35,336 bases of DNA, from the IMG/VR virus record IMGVR_UViG_3300032257_000563, positions 1 to 35,336 of that record; one strand, written 5' to 3'. Position 1 is the stretch's first letter. Every line of letters begins with the position of its first letter. Under the pieces are notes generated by a model. The model was not told the origin of the DNA and made no database searches. It worked only from the letters and a program-made list of their open reading frames with translations. This document shows positions 1-8,223 of this stretch, piece by piece. The position numbers were made by a program, and so were the translations under genes. The stretch comes from a virus (lineage: Duplodnaviria; Caudoviricetes).

Positions 1-1140
1 TCACTCCGTTGCCGCTCCGTCGTTGTTCTTCTTTTTGTAAGCATTTAATTTATCAATTCCATGACTGGCAGAAATAGAATCTTTAGGGAAATACGTATCA
101 ATAATACTCTGGCATCCATCAGTACTATGACCTGTTATACTAACTATTTCCTGTGTTGTTGCTCCAGCTCTTACTAAATTAACGACCGCTGTACGCCTTA
201 AATCCCTAAACTGTTTTTTGCGATTTATTCTAGGATGAGTAATTTTTCCATTATTGTCTTTTATTTCCGCATCTCTTACTTTTTCTATCCAATGGGTAAA
301 ATTTGAGTCTTTGTATGGTCTAGAAGTTTCTTCACTAACAACTATTAGTATAGAGTTGCGAGTAGTTTTATCTATCATCCTCTTTAATTCTGGCATACAT
401 TTTATTTTTACAGAAGCTCCTGTTTTTCGTTGTTTGATAAATAAAGATTTGCCGTCATATTGCGACCAATTTAATCTCCTTATATCCCCTGGTCTTTGTC
501 CACAATATTTTCCTATCATAAATGCAAGAGCCAGTGATCTTCTTCCTAAAATAATAGCTTTATCTACAAACAGATTCATTTCCTCTTCTGTCCAAACCTC
601 TTCTCTAGGCTTTGGTTGTTTAAGCTTAAGCTGTTTTGCAGGGTTTATATCTAAATATCCTTCATCTACTGCTAAATTAAGCAATAATCGTAATGTAGTT
701 AAAACACTCTTAGCATGTGTAAGACCTGCATTAGCATCATTGGGATTATTTGTTTTAATTTTATTTATTTCAGAGTTGTAGAATGAAATACATATTTTAC
801 GAGTTAATTCTTCTATTTTATATTTTCCAGACCAGTTGCTTATTAATTTAAGATTATTGTCATAACCTCTTTTTGTATTCTTTGCTAGACGGTAATAAGC
901 AGGTTCTTCTTTATATTGTTTAATTAGCCAATCAATACTTCCTTTTACTATAGGATCAGAATCATTATATAATTTTATGTTTAAAGTTTGAGCTTCTGTT
1001 ATTGCTTTTTGCTGATTATTCCCCAGTGATATAGATTTATAACCTAATACACGCAGTTTTTTACTAGGTTCCCAGTAAAAATATATTTTTCCAGATTTCT
1101 GTTTTCTCTCTTGCAAATATGGAATATCAAATGAACCCAC
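1..1140 (-). CDS. int: Tyrosine recombinase / phage integrase
   Basis: GQRPGD (Arg), KQRKTG (Lys), FRDLRRTA (HxxR variant), ITGH, terminal DTY. AAGGAG abuts the TTG at 1146 but is 6 nt from the GTG at 1140, the likelier start. Confidence 0.95.
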   Translation of the reverse strand: MGSFDIPYLQERKQKSGKIYFYWEPSKKLRVLGYKSISLGNNQQKAITEAQTLNIKLYNDSDPIVKGSIDWLIKQYKEEPAYYRLAKNTKRGYDNNLKLISNWSGKYKIEELTRKICISFYNSEINKIKTNNPNDANAGLTHAKSVLTTLRLLLNLAVDEGYLDINPAKQLKLKQPKPREEVWTEEEMNLFVDKAIILGRRSLALAFMIGKYCGQRPGDIRRLNWSQYDGKSLFIKQRKTGASVKIKCMPELKRMIDKTTRNSILIVVSEETSRPYKDSNFTHWIEKVRDAEIKDNNGKITHPRINRKKQFRDLRRTAVVNLVRAGATTQEIVSITGHSTDGCQSIIDTYFPKDSISASHGIDKLNAYKKKNNDGAATE

Positions 1141-1151
1141 TTCCAACTCCT

Positions 1152-1418
1152 TTAGTAATTACCAGTATTGGTTCTATCCAATAGGCTTTGATTATCTGAA
1201 AGTAAATTAATATCCCTTGTTTTATCCAACCATTTATTTACTTCAATTAGATCATAATTATTTGTAAATGGGTGTCTTTTAGGGAAGGGATGCCCTTCTT
1301 TTTTCCATTTATTAAGGTGTTCTCTAACCCATTCATCACTACGTCCAAGTACAGCACACACTTCGTGAAAAGATGCCATACGTGGCGGTATATTTAACTC
1401 TATTTTTGCCTTACTCAT
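1152..1418 (-). CDS. xis: Excisionase / AlpA-like winged-helix protein
   Basis: 88 aa directly upstream of int; EVCAVLGRS...FPK...YDLIEVNKWLD fits the AlpA/Xis pattern. Confidence 0.7.
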   Translation of the reverse strand: MSKAKIELNIPPRMASFHEVCAVLGRSDEWVREHLNKWKKEGHPFPKRHPFTNNYDLIEVNKWLDKTRDINLLSDNQSLLDRTNTGNY

Positions 1419-1470
1419 AATAACCCCTAATAATTTATTTCTTTATCGTCGTTTTCCATAGTTTTGTTCT

Positions 1471-1815
1471 CTAAAATGGTATATTATCTTCATATTCCCA
1501 TAGGTCATCATGTTCCATATCTGTCAGGTGTTTAATCTTTGCTCTTTGCTCTGGTGTCCATTCAGATTTGGGAAAATTTTCTTTAATAGCAGTTACTTGC
1601 CTTCTTAAATTATCCCTCTCAAATTGATTATTTTTCAACTGATCTAAATGTTTTTTCATTTCTTTATATTGATCTACAGCATGATCCACAAGTTTTGCAG
1701 CACTAATTCGTAATTCATTAATATCCTGAAGACTCTGTATCCCATCTGAAGACAAATTAATTTCAAAATGACAATAGTCGTATGATCTCATTACTTTTAC
1801 ACTTGCTGTTTTCAT
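1471..1815 (-). CDS. Hypothetical phage protein
   Basis: 114 aa ORF, ATGA overlap with the upstream ORF, acidic C-terminus ending EDNIPF. Confidence 0.75.
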   Translation of the reverse strand: MKTASVKVMRSYDYCHFEINLSSDGIQSLQDINELRISAAKLVDHAVDQYKEMKKHLDQLKNNQFERDNLRRQVTAIKENFPKSEWTPEQRAKIKHLTDMEHDDLWEYEDNIPF

Positions 1816-2078
1816 GCTGCTTCCTCTGTTAGTGGTTTTTCTAAATCATACACATTTTGAGAATCAGCCATTAAAATTGCTATTTTCTCTACATCCTGTG
1901 TGCGAAGAGGTATTTTCTCGTTGTAACATCCGTTACATATATCTTTAGCATCTTCTTCGGTATATTTTCCTGCTTTACTGAGGTCGCAAGTATATCCAGA
2001 TCTATTTTTCCCCCAGAAAAGAACGCAATTTCCTACGTATCCTTTATTCTTCGCCCAAATATAATATAATTGCTCCAT
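1812..2078 (-). CDS. Hypothetical phage protein
   Basis: 88 aa with AAGGA RBS; GNCVLFW...GYTCDLSKAGKYTEEDA resembles a small phage protein family. Confidence 0.75.
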   Translation of the reverse strand: MEQLYYIWAKNKGYVGNCVLFWGKNRSGYTCDLSKAGKYTEEDAKDICNGCYNEKIPLRTQDVEKIAILMADSQNVYDLEKPLTEEAA

Positions 2079-2185
2079 AATTTTTCCTTAATTAGTTAAA
2101 AAGTGACCACCACCCAACCACTACTATCCTTTGACATTTAAAAACCGTTCAACCTAGTAGCCCGAAAACCAGTTTTTCTAACCCC

Positions 2186-2482
2186 TCAGGGTGTTTCATT
2201 CTCCTCTAAAAAATTTCTGAACATTCCGCCACTGCTGATATTCTTATTAAGAAATGCAAATGCTGACGCTGTAGGGTCTTCAATTTCTTCTATCATGCTA
2301 TCTTCTCTATTAAATTCCGTTCCGCAATCTCTGCATTCGATCACAGGGGAGGTTGTTTTGTATTCTCCCTCAAATGTACAATGCGGACATTCATGGCGTG
2401 TGGTGCTAGTTCTAAATCTTTTTTGTGCATTTATTATATTGTTCATAATTATCTCACTATTACCCATATTATTAATATCCAT
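2186..2482 (-). CDS. Zinc-ribbon protein
   Basis: CPHC...CRDC pair; start uncertain (three Met codons). Confidence 0.6.
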   Translation of the reverse strand: MDINNMGNSEIIMNNIINAQKRFRTSTTRHECPHCTFEGEYKTTSPVIECRDCGTEFNREDSMIEEIEDPTASAFAFLNKNISSGGMFRNFLEENETP

Positions 2483-2586
2483 GAACCGATGCTAATTAGG
2501 ATAAAGATACGCCATATTATATGAGGTTGATTAATCCAGTTGCCTAGTTTTTTGAGTATGGTTTTCATTGTTAAAATTCCAGATCA

Positions 2587-3555
2587 TTAGTGTACATTTT
2601 CCATAAGTTTATTAATCTTACTGGACACATGATTATGTCCAGACCCCTCAAGTATTTTTATTATTTGATGGCCATTTGCTACATTAAATATTGCTTCACG
2701 TTCTGCATTGGACTCATGAGAGTTTAAATCAGATATAAGCTTATTGCCTTTAGTTACTGCACTTCCTATTGTTATTTTAGGTTTTGGCTTTTCTGTACTC
2801 TCTAAGATCTCACCATCTTCGGATATTTCAATTATTCCAGTAACATCAGTAACTGTTTCTTGTCCTGAGCCATTGCCATAAATGACGTTGTTTAAATCCG
2901 AAACAGATAGATTTTCTGTTGAGTGCGTGACATCAATTTTTTTATTTTGTGTAAGGGTGATATCCTGTAGTTCTTCTGCGCTATGTGTCAAACCCTTTAA
3001 AATATCAGGGAATGCATCACGTAATGCGAATGCTCTGGCACGATATTTAAGCATTCTTTTGGGGTACTGTGTCCACGGGCCACTTTTAGGCCATAATCCT
3101 GCATCTATAGCATCTTGTATTGAGAACTCTTCAATAATTTCTTCATCTTGTCCTATTCTTTTTACGATGCAAACTGCCTTGAACACTTTATTCGTTTGCT
3201 GCTTTCCTTGCCATTCCCCTACGTATTTCTCTTTTACATATTCACATACTGATGATGTGCGACATAACCCTAGTTGAGAATCACCCCAAATAGAAGGCAT
3301 GCCATTAATTACTGCAATATTCTGTATGGCTTGCATGGGTAATAATCCAACTTCTGCACCTAGCTGCATTGCCGTAAAGGCTTGCATTTTTTTAGATTCA
3401 ATATCTCCATTATACGATTTAGGTAGCATTCCGCTCATTGCAAATGCGCTAGCCATCCTAAAAGCTGTATCCATATCCGTAGGAATTAATGGCATTACTC
3501 TGTTGCCAGTTTGTACTACTGCTTTTTTTTCTTTTATAGGTTCTATATTAGACAT
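2587..3555 (-). CDS. recT: RecT/Beta-family single-strand annealing protein
   Basis: AMQLGAEVGLLPMQAIQNIAVING.PS.WGD, AGLW...PW.QYPKRML..RAR.FALRD.FPD.L.G; coupled to the exonuclease gene. Confidence 0.9.
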   Translation of the reverse strand: MSNIEPIKEKKAVVQTGNRVMPLIPTDMDTAFRMASAFAMSGMLPKSYNGDIESKKMQAFTAMQLGAEVGLLPMQAIQNIAVINGMPSIWGDSQLGLCRTSSVCEYVKEKYVGEWQGKQQTNKVFKAVCIVKRIGQDEEIIEEFSIQDAIDAGLWPKSGPWTQYPKRMLKYRARAFALRDAFPDILKGLTHSAEELQDITLTQNKKIDVTHSTENLSVSDLNNVIYGNGSGQETVTDVTGIIEISEDGEILESTEKPKPKITIGSAVTKGNKLISDLNSHESNAEREAIFNVANGHQIIKILEGSGHNHVSSKINKLMENVH

Positions 3556-4375
3556 TGTAATTCTCCAGAGCTTGAGTTTGTTTTATGTACCAAAAGGGTA
3601 GTGCTATTGATTGTATTTCTTCTGGGTATGCATTCCATTTGCCAGAGCTAAGACGCTCTTTAATTTCTTGAGTTGCTTCTGCATTTTGTTGTCTACCAAT
3701 TTCAATAGACTCTTCATCTATGGAAAAAATACCAATAGCCTCAGCTAAGTCTTTTTCTTGAGTAATGAACATAAATGCTTTTGGATCATGCCCTAGAATT
3801 CTAGCAGCATCAATGTACCAAGCTGCCTGTCTATGATAACCATATTGTGCAATTGATTTTTCAAAGTCTTTAATGTTTGATGATGACGTTGTTTTATAAT
3901 CAATCAAAACTTCTATGCCATTAACCTTTGCTATAATATCCAATTTTGCTTTGCAATTTATTCCATCATATCTCCAGTATACTTCCTTTTCACATTCTGC
4001 ATCATGCATTAATATTTTGATCTGGCTGTTTGTATTTAAAGCGTTTTGCATATTTGTTAGTTTGACCATGTCCTGTGGATCTATTATAGATTTTCCAACA
4101 TTCATACGTTCAAATTCTGCGTATTCTTCTTTGCCTGCCTTGGTTCTTTTGTTGATTTCTGGCGTTATTGCAAATTCGTCATAGAAAGTATTATTTTCTA
4201 GAAAGATTTTGTGTGCTGCCCTTCCAAATATCATAGATGGGGTTTCTGAACTTGAGTAATAATCGGGGTTAAGTGTGCTATTATTCCAAAAATGCAAAGG
4301 GCTTTTATTTATAAAAGTATTTATGCTGCTCACATTTAATGCAGAGTGTTTGTAATAATCTATTTGTGTTTCCAT
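3548..4375 (-). CDS. recE: RecE/exonuclease VIII-like PD-(D/E)XK nuclease (DUF3799-like)
   Basis: FGRAAH, CKAKLD, IDYKTT, YGYHRQAAWY motifs; adjacent to recT. Confidence 0.9.
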   Translation of the reverse strand: METQIDYYKHSALNVSSINTFINKSPLHFWNNSTLNPDYYSSSETPSMIFGRAAHKIFLENNTFYDEFAITPEINKRTKAGKEEYAEFERMNVGKSIIDPQDMVKLTNMQNALNTNSQIKILMHDAECEKEVYWRYDGINCKAKLDIIAKVNGIEVLIDYKTTSSSNIKDFEKSIAQYGYHRQAAWYIDAARILGHDPKAFMFITQEKDLAEAIGIFSIDEESIEIGRQQNAEATQEIKERLSSGKWNAYPEEIQSIALPFWYIKQTQALENYNV

Positions 4376-4384
4376 AATTCCATC

Positions 4385-4564
4385 CTATTGTTCATCGTTT
4401 GCTAAGATGTACGATTCAGAATGTGCCATATAATATTGCTGTTCATTTTCTAAATCGTAGGCAGCTAACCTAGCCTCTACTGCTACCAATGAGGTTGCAA
4501 TTGCTATAGCTCCTGCAAGTAACAACAATGAAGTTGATAATATTTCTTTCTTTGAATATTTCAT
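4385..4564 (-). CDS. Small membrane/exported protein (59 aa, not in ORF track)
   Basis: Hand translation MKYSKKEILSTSLLLLAGAIAIATSLVAVEARL...ANDEQ*; AGGGG RBS 5 nt upstream; ends just before recE. Confidence 0.65.
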   Translation of the reverse strand: MKYSKKEILSTSLLLLAGAIAIATSLVAVEARLAAYDLENEQQYYMAHSESYILANDEQ

Positions 4565-4726
4565 GTTTTCCCCTACGCTGTAATTGAGATTGGTTGTGTG
4601 TTGTCTTTTTTAACTTCTTCCAATTTATCTTCAAATTCTTCAAAGACTTCATTGCGTTCTGTTCCACTTATTACCCTCATCATTCTGATATGTTCTTGTC
4701 TGAATTCTTCCATTGTTTGAATATTT

Positions 4727-4891
4727 TTACGCATCTCTTTCACTCCTAATGATTCTATCTACATATCCACGCATTAAGAAAATTCGTGCTAATCTTCCGC
4801 TAACTTGGTACTCTTTTCCCTCGTAGTATCTCTGAACGGTCCAACCGTCCTCTGTTCCCATTCCTGTGCGTAGCATCTTAATTTTGTACAT
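4727..4891 (-). CDS. Small hypothetical protein, first gene of the leftward early operon
   Basis: MYKIKMLRTG... from ATG 4891, ~30 nt downstream of the PL-like -10; the ORF-track start at 4951 is the -35 hexamer. Confidence 0.7.
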   Translation of the reverse strand: MYKIKMLRTGMGTEDGWTVQRYYEGKEYQVSGRLARIFLMRGYVDRIIRSERDA

Positions 4892-4922
4892 TTTCTTAAC
4901 CTTGTTTCTGTTTGCTAAGAGT

Positions 4923-4976
4923 AATATAACGGTAAAAAGATTTACCGTCAAGCAAAATGGTAAATCTTTTTACTAT
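4923..4976 (-). promoter_or_regulatory. PL-like promoter with two repressor operators (OL)
   Basis: Minus strand TTGACG-N17-TATATT (4951-4923); palindromes ACGGTAAA-N4-TTTACCGT (4929-4948) and ATGGTAAA-N4-TTTACTAT (4957-4976). Confidence 0.8.
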
Positions 4977-5117
4977 TATTAAAATTATTTTCATTTTTCC
5001 TAGATTCAAGAGCTTTACAGTGAAGGGTATTTTCTGTATTACGCTCTTGTCTTGAGGTGAGTATAAGATTCGGATGTATTGCTACTATTGGTATTTGACA
5101 TTATGTCTAGTAAGGAC

Positions 5118-5145
5118 TTGCAATATTGAATTTGTTAAGTATAAT
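5118..5145 (+). promoter_or_regulatory. Sigma70-type promoter firing into the structured RNA, convergent with DUF3800
   Basis: TTGCAA-N16-TATAAT; no plus-strand ORF follows. Confidence 0.55.
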
Positions 5146-5158
5146 AATAAGTACAAAT

Positions 5159-5239
5159 GCCCACGCTGACCGAATCGGCACCCTATAGCTTTTTTGAAGT
5201 TGGTGTTCATGTCTTTTTATCAAGACTAGGCAGCGGGGC
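5159..5239 (+). ncRNA. Candidate DUF3800-associated structured RNA
   Basis: Locally GC-richer element; closing stem GCCC(A)CGCUG/CAGCGGGGC encloses CCG/CGG, GCACC/GGUGU with inner AGCUU/AAGUU, and GUCUU/AAGAC helices; lies 3 nt from the DUF3800 stop codon. Confidence 0.65.
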
Positions 5240-5242
5240 GAA

Positions 5243-5851
5243 TTACCTAAAATTCCATATATTAGTAATTTTTGAATCGATCATATTCTTCCATCGGTAG
5301 CTATCTTTTTTATTAGGAGAATTATATGGTCTTGAGTATGCACCAACAACCATATCAACCATTTGAATTAAAACATTTGATTTTGAATCCACAAAATCTA
5401 TTTTTTTAAATTTTTTATTATCAACTTCTTTTCGTACATAGGTTGTGAAAGTGTATTTAAAGATTCTGCTTCCACTTCCATCTATTTTAACATGAGCGTT
5501 ATTTAATCCGTTGTTTTGTTCGCCAATAAAATGGCGTAAACAAAAGTTAGTAAAGAGTATATTGTCATTTTGTAAGTTATGATTATAAATTAGGCGTTTT
5601 TCTACTGAAAATATACGTACAGAGAAATTACAATGCTTAATAGATTCAAAAAATGCATCACGAAATCTATTGTTACACTGACTAAAATGAAATTCCCTTG
5701 TTAAATTAAGTTTTTTCTTTATTTTTTTTATGGCAATTGCAGTATTTTCTGCATCACGAAAGGTATCAAAAATTACCATTCCTAAAACATAGTGAGAGGA
5801 TGAATTTTTTTTAAATCCTGGGTCTCCACTTTCATCAATAGTAACTAGCAT
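5243..5851 (-). CDS. DUF3800 family (RNase H-like fold) protein
   Basis: N-terminal IDESGDPG, central KIDG, C-terminal DSK..LIQMVDMVVG (QxxD). Confidence 0.85.
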   Translation of the reverse strand: MLVTIDESGDPGFKKNSSSHYVLGMVIFDTFRDAENTAIAIKKIKKKLNLTREFHFSQCNNRFRDAFFESIKHCNFSVRIFSVEKRLIYNHNLQNDNILFTNFCLRHFIGEQNNGLNNAHVKIDGSGSRIFKYTFTTYVRKEVDNKKFKKIDFVDSKSNVLIQMVDMVVGAYSRPYNSPNKKDSYRWKNMIDSKITNIWNFR

Positions 5852-5857
5852 ATATTC

Positions 5858-6349
5858 TTATTTATCTTTTTTAGTAAAGTTAATCTTTCCACCACCTAAT
5901 TTAGAAAAGCTGATTTCACAACTAGACATCAGTGGATTGAATTTTGTTAGTGTTTTAAAGGGGGATATTTGGTTTGGCATAACTGGATCATATTCGATTA
6001 ATGCATCTGAACTCTTGATGAAATCTCCATTCTCTGCTCTAAAAACTCCAACAACTTGAACTCTATACAGAGGATCATCTGATATATTCTTAACTTCACC
6101 TACGACATGTTTGTAGCCACTCTCTTCGTAGCATCTCCATGACTGTAATTCTAATTTTGGAGTATTTAATTTTTTTAACTTTGCAAGTAGTTCATTTGTT
6201 TGTTTTATGTCTTGCTTGTTATTGTATTCTTTAATTTTACTCGGAAGGACAAAAGCAAGAATAACTAAAATGCTAAATAATACTAGAATTATAGTAAATT
6301 TAGGTCCAGAGGTGTTTAAATTATGATTATCTTCATTGTTATCTGCCAT
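5858..6349 (-). CDS. Membrane-anchored FxLYD-domain-like protein
   Basis: One N-terminal TM helix; VVGEVKNISD...VQVVGVF...G.FI......PVMPNQISPFK beta-sandwich pattern. Confidence 0.65.
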   Translation of the reverse strand: MADNNEDNHNLNTSGPKFTIILVLFSILVILAFVLPSKIKEYNNKQDIKQTNELLAKLKKLNTPKLELQSWRCYEESGYKHVVGEVKNISDDPLYRVQVVGVFRAENGDFIKSSDALIEYDPVMPNQISPFKTLTKFNPLMSSCEISFSKLGGGKINFTKKDK

Positions 6350-6442
6350 AGACTAACTCACTGAGTACCTAAAATAAAATTATTCGTATATAACTAACAA
6401 TTGTTTTAAATGATAAAAATACAATAGTAAATAGTAACCTCC

Positions 6443-6471
6443 TTCCGAATATCCTCACCTAATGATATAAT
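6443..6471 (+). promoter_or_regulatory. Promoter of the MTase operon
   Basis: TTCCGA-N17-TATAAT with TG extension (TGaTATAAT). Confidence 0.45.
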
Positions 6472-6524
6472 AAGAAAATGATGCGGTGTTCTCCCGTAAG
6501 CATAATCATATCATTAGGAGGAGC

Positions 6525-7373
6525 ATGGAAGCTACAAAGAGTGCAAAACCATTTGTTAAATGGGCTGGTGGAAAAAGGAAGTTATTAGATGAATTAACAA
6601 AAAGAGTTCCCAAAAAATATAATACTTATTATGAGCCTTTTGTGGGAGGTGGTGCTTTATATTGGCATTTAAAGCCAGAAAAAGCTGTATTAAGTGATGT
6701 AAATAAAGAGCTTATCAATACTTATAATGCAATAAAATATAATAAACCTTCTTTGATTAGAGAATGTAATAAGCATCAAGATGGAAAAGAATACTTTTTA
6801 AAAACCAGAGAACTAGATAGACAAGAAACATATGATAAGATGGATTGTTTATCAAAAGCCAGTAGATTTATTTTCATAAATAAAAGATGCTTTAATGGTT
6901 TATATAAGGTGAATAAAAAAGGGCAGATTAATTCAGCATATGGAAAACGTGATGGCGTGGCACTATATGATAATGATAATTTAAAGTCATGCCATAGAAT
7001 ATTGCAAAAGACAGAGGTTTGTTGCGCTCCTTATCAGTGGATTCTTAGTACTGTGCAAAGGGGTGATTTTGTTTATCTTGATCCACCTTATTTAAATATA
7101 ACTTCTTCTTCTATATATGTAAAAGAAATTGCTAATTTAGATTTTCATAAAGATTTACAAAGATTTTGTGATGAATTAACCGAAAGGGGAGTCTACTGGT
7201 TAATGTCAAATAGTTCGGATTCTGAAATTGTATCATTATGGGATAAATACATTGTAAACACCAAAAAAGTGTATTACTCTGTCTCTGGAATTAGTAGAGG
7301 TAGAAAAGATGTTAAAGAAATTATTGTTACTAATTATAATGATGACGGTTCCATTGTCTGTTCAGGCAAATGA
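6525..7373 (+). CDS. Dam/DpnM-family N6-adenine DNA methyltransferase
   Basis: KWAGGKR, YYEPFVGGG, FNGLYKVN, FVYLDPPY; AGGAGG RBS supports ATG 6525. Confidence 0.93.
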   Translation: MEATKSAKPFVKWAGGKRKLLDELTKRVPKKYNTYYEPFVGGGALYWHLKPEKAVLSDVNKELINTYNAIKYNKPSLIRECNKHQDGKEYFLKTRELDRQETYDKMDCLSKASRFIFINKRCFNGLYKVNKKGQINSAYGKRDGVALYDNDNLKSCHRILQKTEVCCAPYQWILSTVQRGDFVYLDPPYLNITSSSIYVKEIANLDFHKDLQRFCDELTERGVYWLMSNSSDSEIVSLWDKYIVNTKKVYYSVSGISRGRKDVKEIIVTNYNDDGSIVCSGK

Positions 7374-7824
7374 AAAAAAAATAGATAATTCTCCATCAGT
7401 TAAATCTGGTAGAAGATTAACAACTGAATTGAAACTTGTATTCTCCAGCCTTGGATATCAGGTCATTAAGGCTAAAAATTTTATACACACACCATCTCAT
7501 AATTTTGTTATTTTGGGCGAGTATTTAGATGGAATTTATGGAAATAAGAAACTAGATTTTGTCCTCTATATGAAAAAAGGCGGAAAGCCGATTATTGTTG
7601 AAGCTATGCGACAAAGAGTTAAAGGGAGCACAGATGAAAAACTGCCATATACTTATCTAAATGCTATAAAATTCCTACCTAAATTTGATACTATATTTGT
7701 TTATGAGGGTAATGGATTCAGGAAAGGTGCTATAAAATTTATGAAAGATAAAGCACAAGAAACAGGTGGATTTGAGGTAATGGAAAAATCTGATTTTATA
7801 TATTGGCTAGAAAACAATAAATAA
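7309..7824 (+). CDS. PD-(D/E)XK restriction-endonuclease-like protein, possibly inactive or frameshifted
   Basis: LDF...IIVEAMRQ...GSTDEKLPY resembles Dam-associated nucleases; start ambiguous (7309 vs out-of-frame ATG 7370). Confidence 0.65.
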   Translation: MLKKLLLLIIMMTVPLSVQANEKKIDNSPSVKSGRRLTTELKLVFSSLGYQVIKAKNFIHTPSHNFVILGEYLDGIYGNKKLDFVLYMKKGGKPIIVEAMRQRVKGSTDEKLPYTYLNAIKFLPKFDTIFVYEGNGFRKGAIKFMKDKAQETGGFEVMEKSDFIYWLENNK

Positions 7825-8223
7825 TTACCAAAATTTGTGTAGCCACCCATTATCTATGGCTTCTTTTTCTGTGCAGAATATTTTTTCACCTTCATCTTCA
7901 TTAATCTTAATAGATTCGTATTCTTTATCTTCTCTTATATAGTAAACTTTTTGATGATATTTTCTGTGTTTATCTATATTACCTTTTACATATTCGCAGT
8001 AATCTATCTTATCTATAATTTCATAATTTGAATTTAATTTATAGACTATAGGCAGTAAGCATATTACTGAGATAAACAATAGAAAAATCAATTTTTTGCT
8101 ACTGAGGGTAATTTTTTGTTTTTTATATTCATTCGAGGTTTTATTCTCTAATAGATTTTCTGCTTCCGATGTAATGTAGTCTTCTAAACTATCGAAATTG
8201 TCGTTATCCTGTTTTTTCTTCAT
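7825..8223 (-). CDS. Single-TM protein with C-terminal ExoI/nuclease-associated small domain
   Basis: TM LIFLLFISVICLLPIVY, then C..VKGNI...VYY......I...EGEKIFCTEKEAIDNGW; overlaps the cI 3' end. Confidence 0.6.
   Translation of the reverse strand: MKKKQDNDNFDSLEDYITSEAENLLENKTSNEYKKQKITLSSKKLIFLLFISVICLLPIVYKLNSNYEIIDKIDYCEYVKGNIDKHRKYHQKVYYIREDKEYESIKINEDEGEKIFCTEKEAIDNGWLHKFW

Noticed and set aside
1-60. Attachment site
   Set aside because: Window begins at the integrase stop; no flank or second copy to compare.
254-4184. Plus-strand ORFs 254-781, 2295-2495, 2882-3277, 3299-3601, 3915-4184
   Set aside because: Antisense shadows of well-supported minus-strand genes; no motifs.
4470-4667. 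ORF-track 65 aa ORF
   Set aside because: Overlaps the better-supported 4385-4564 ORF in another frame; coding status of 4570-4720 is unresolved.
5159-5239. Element as a tRNA
   Set aside because: Cloverleaf-like topology but no T-loop TTC, D-loop GG, 7-nt anticodon loop or CCA.
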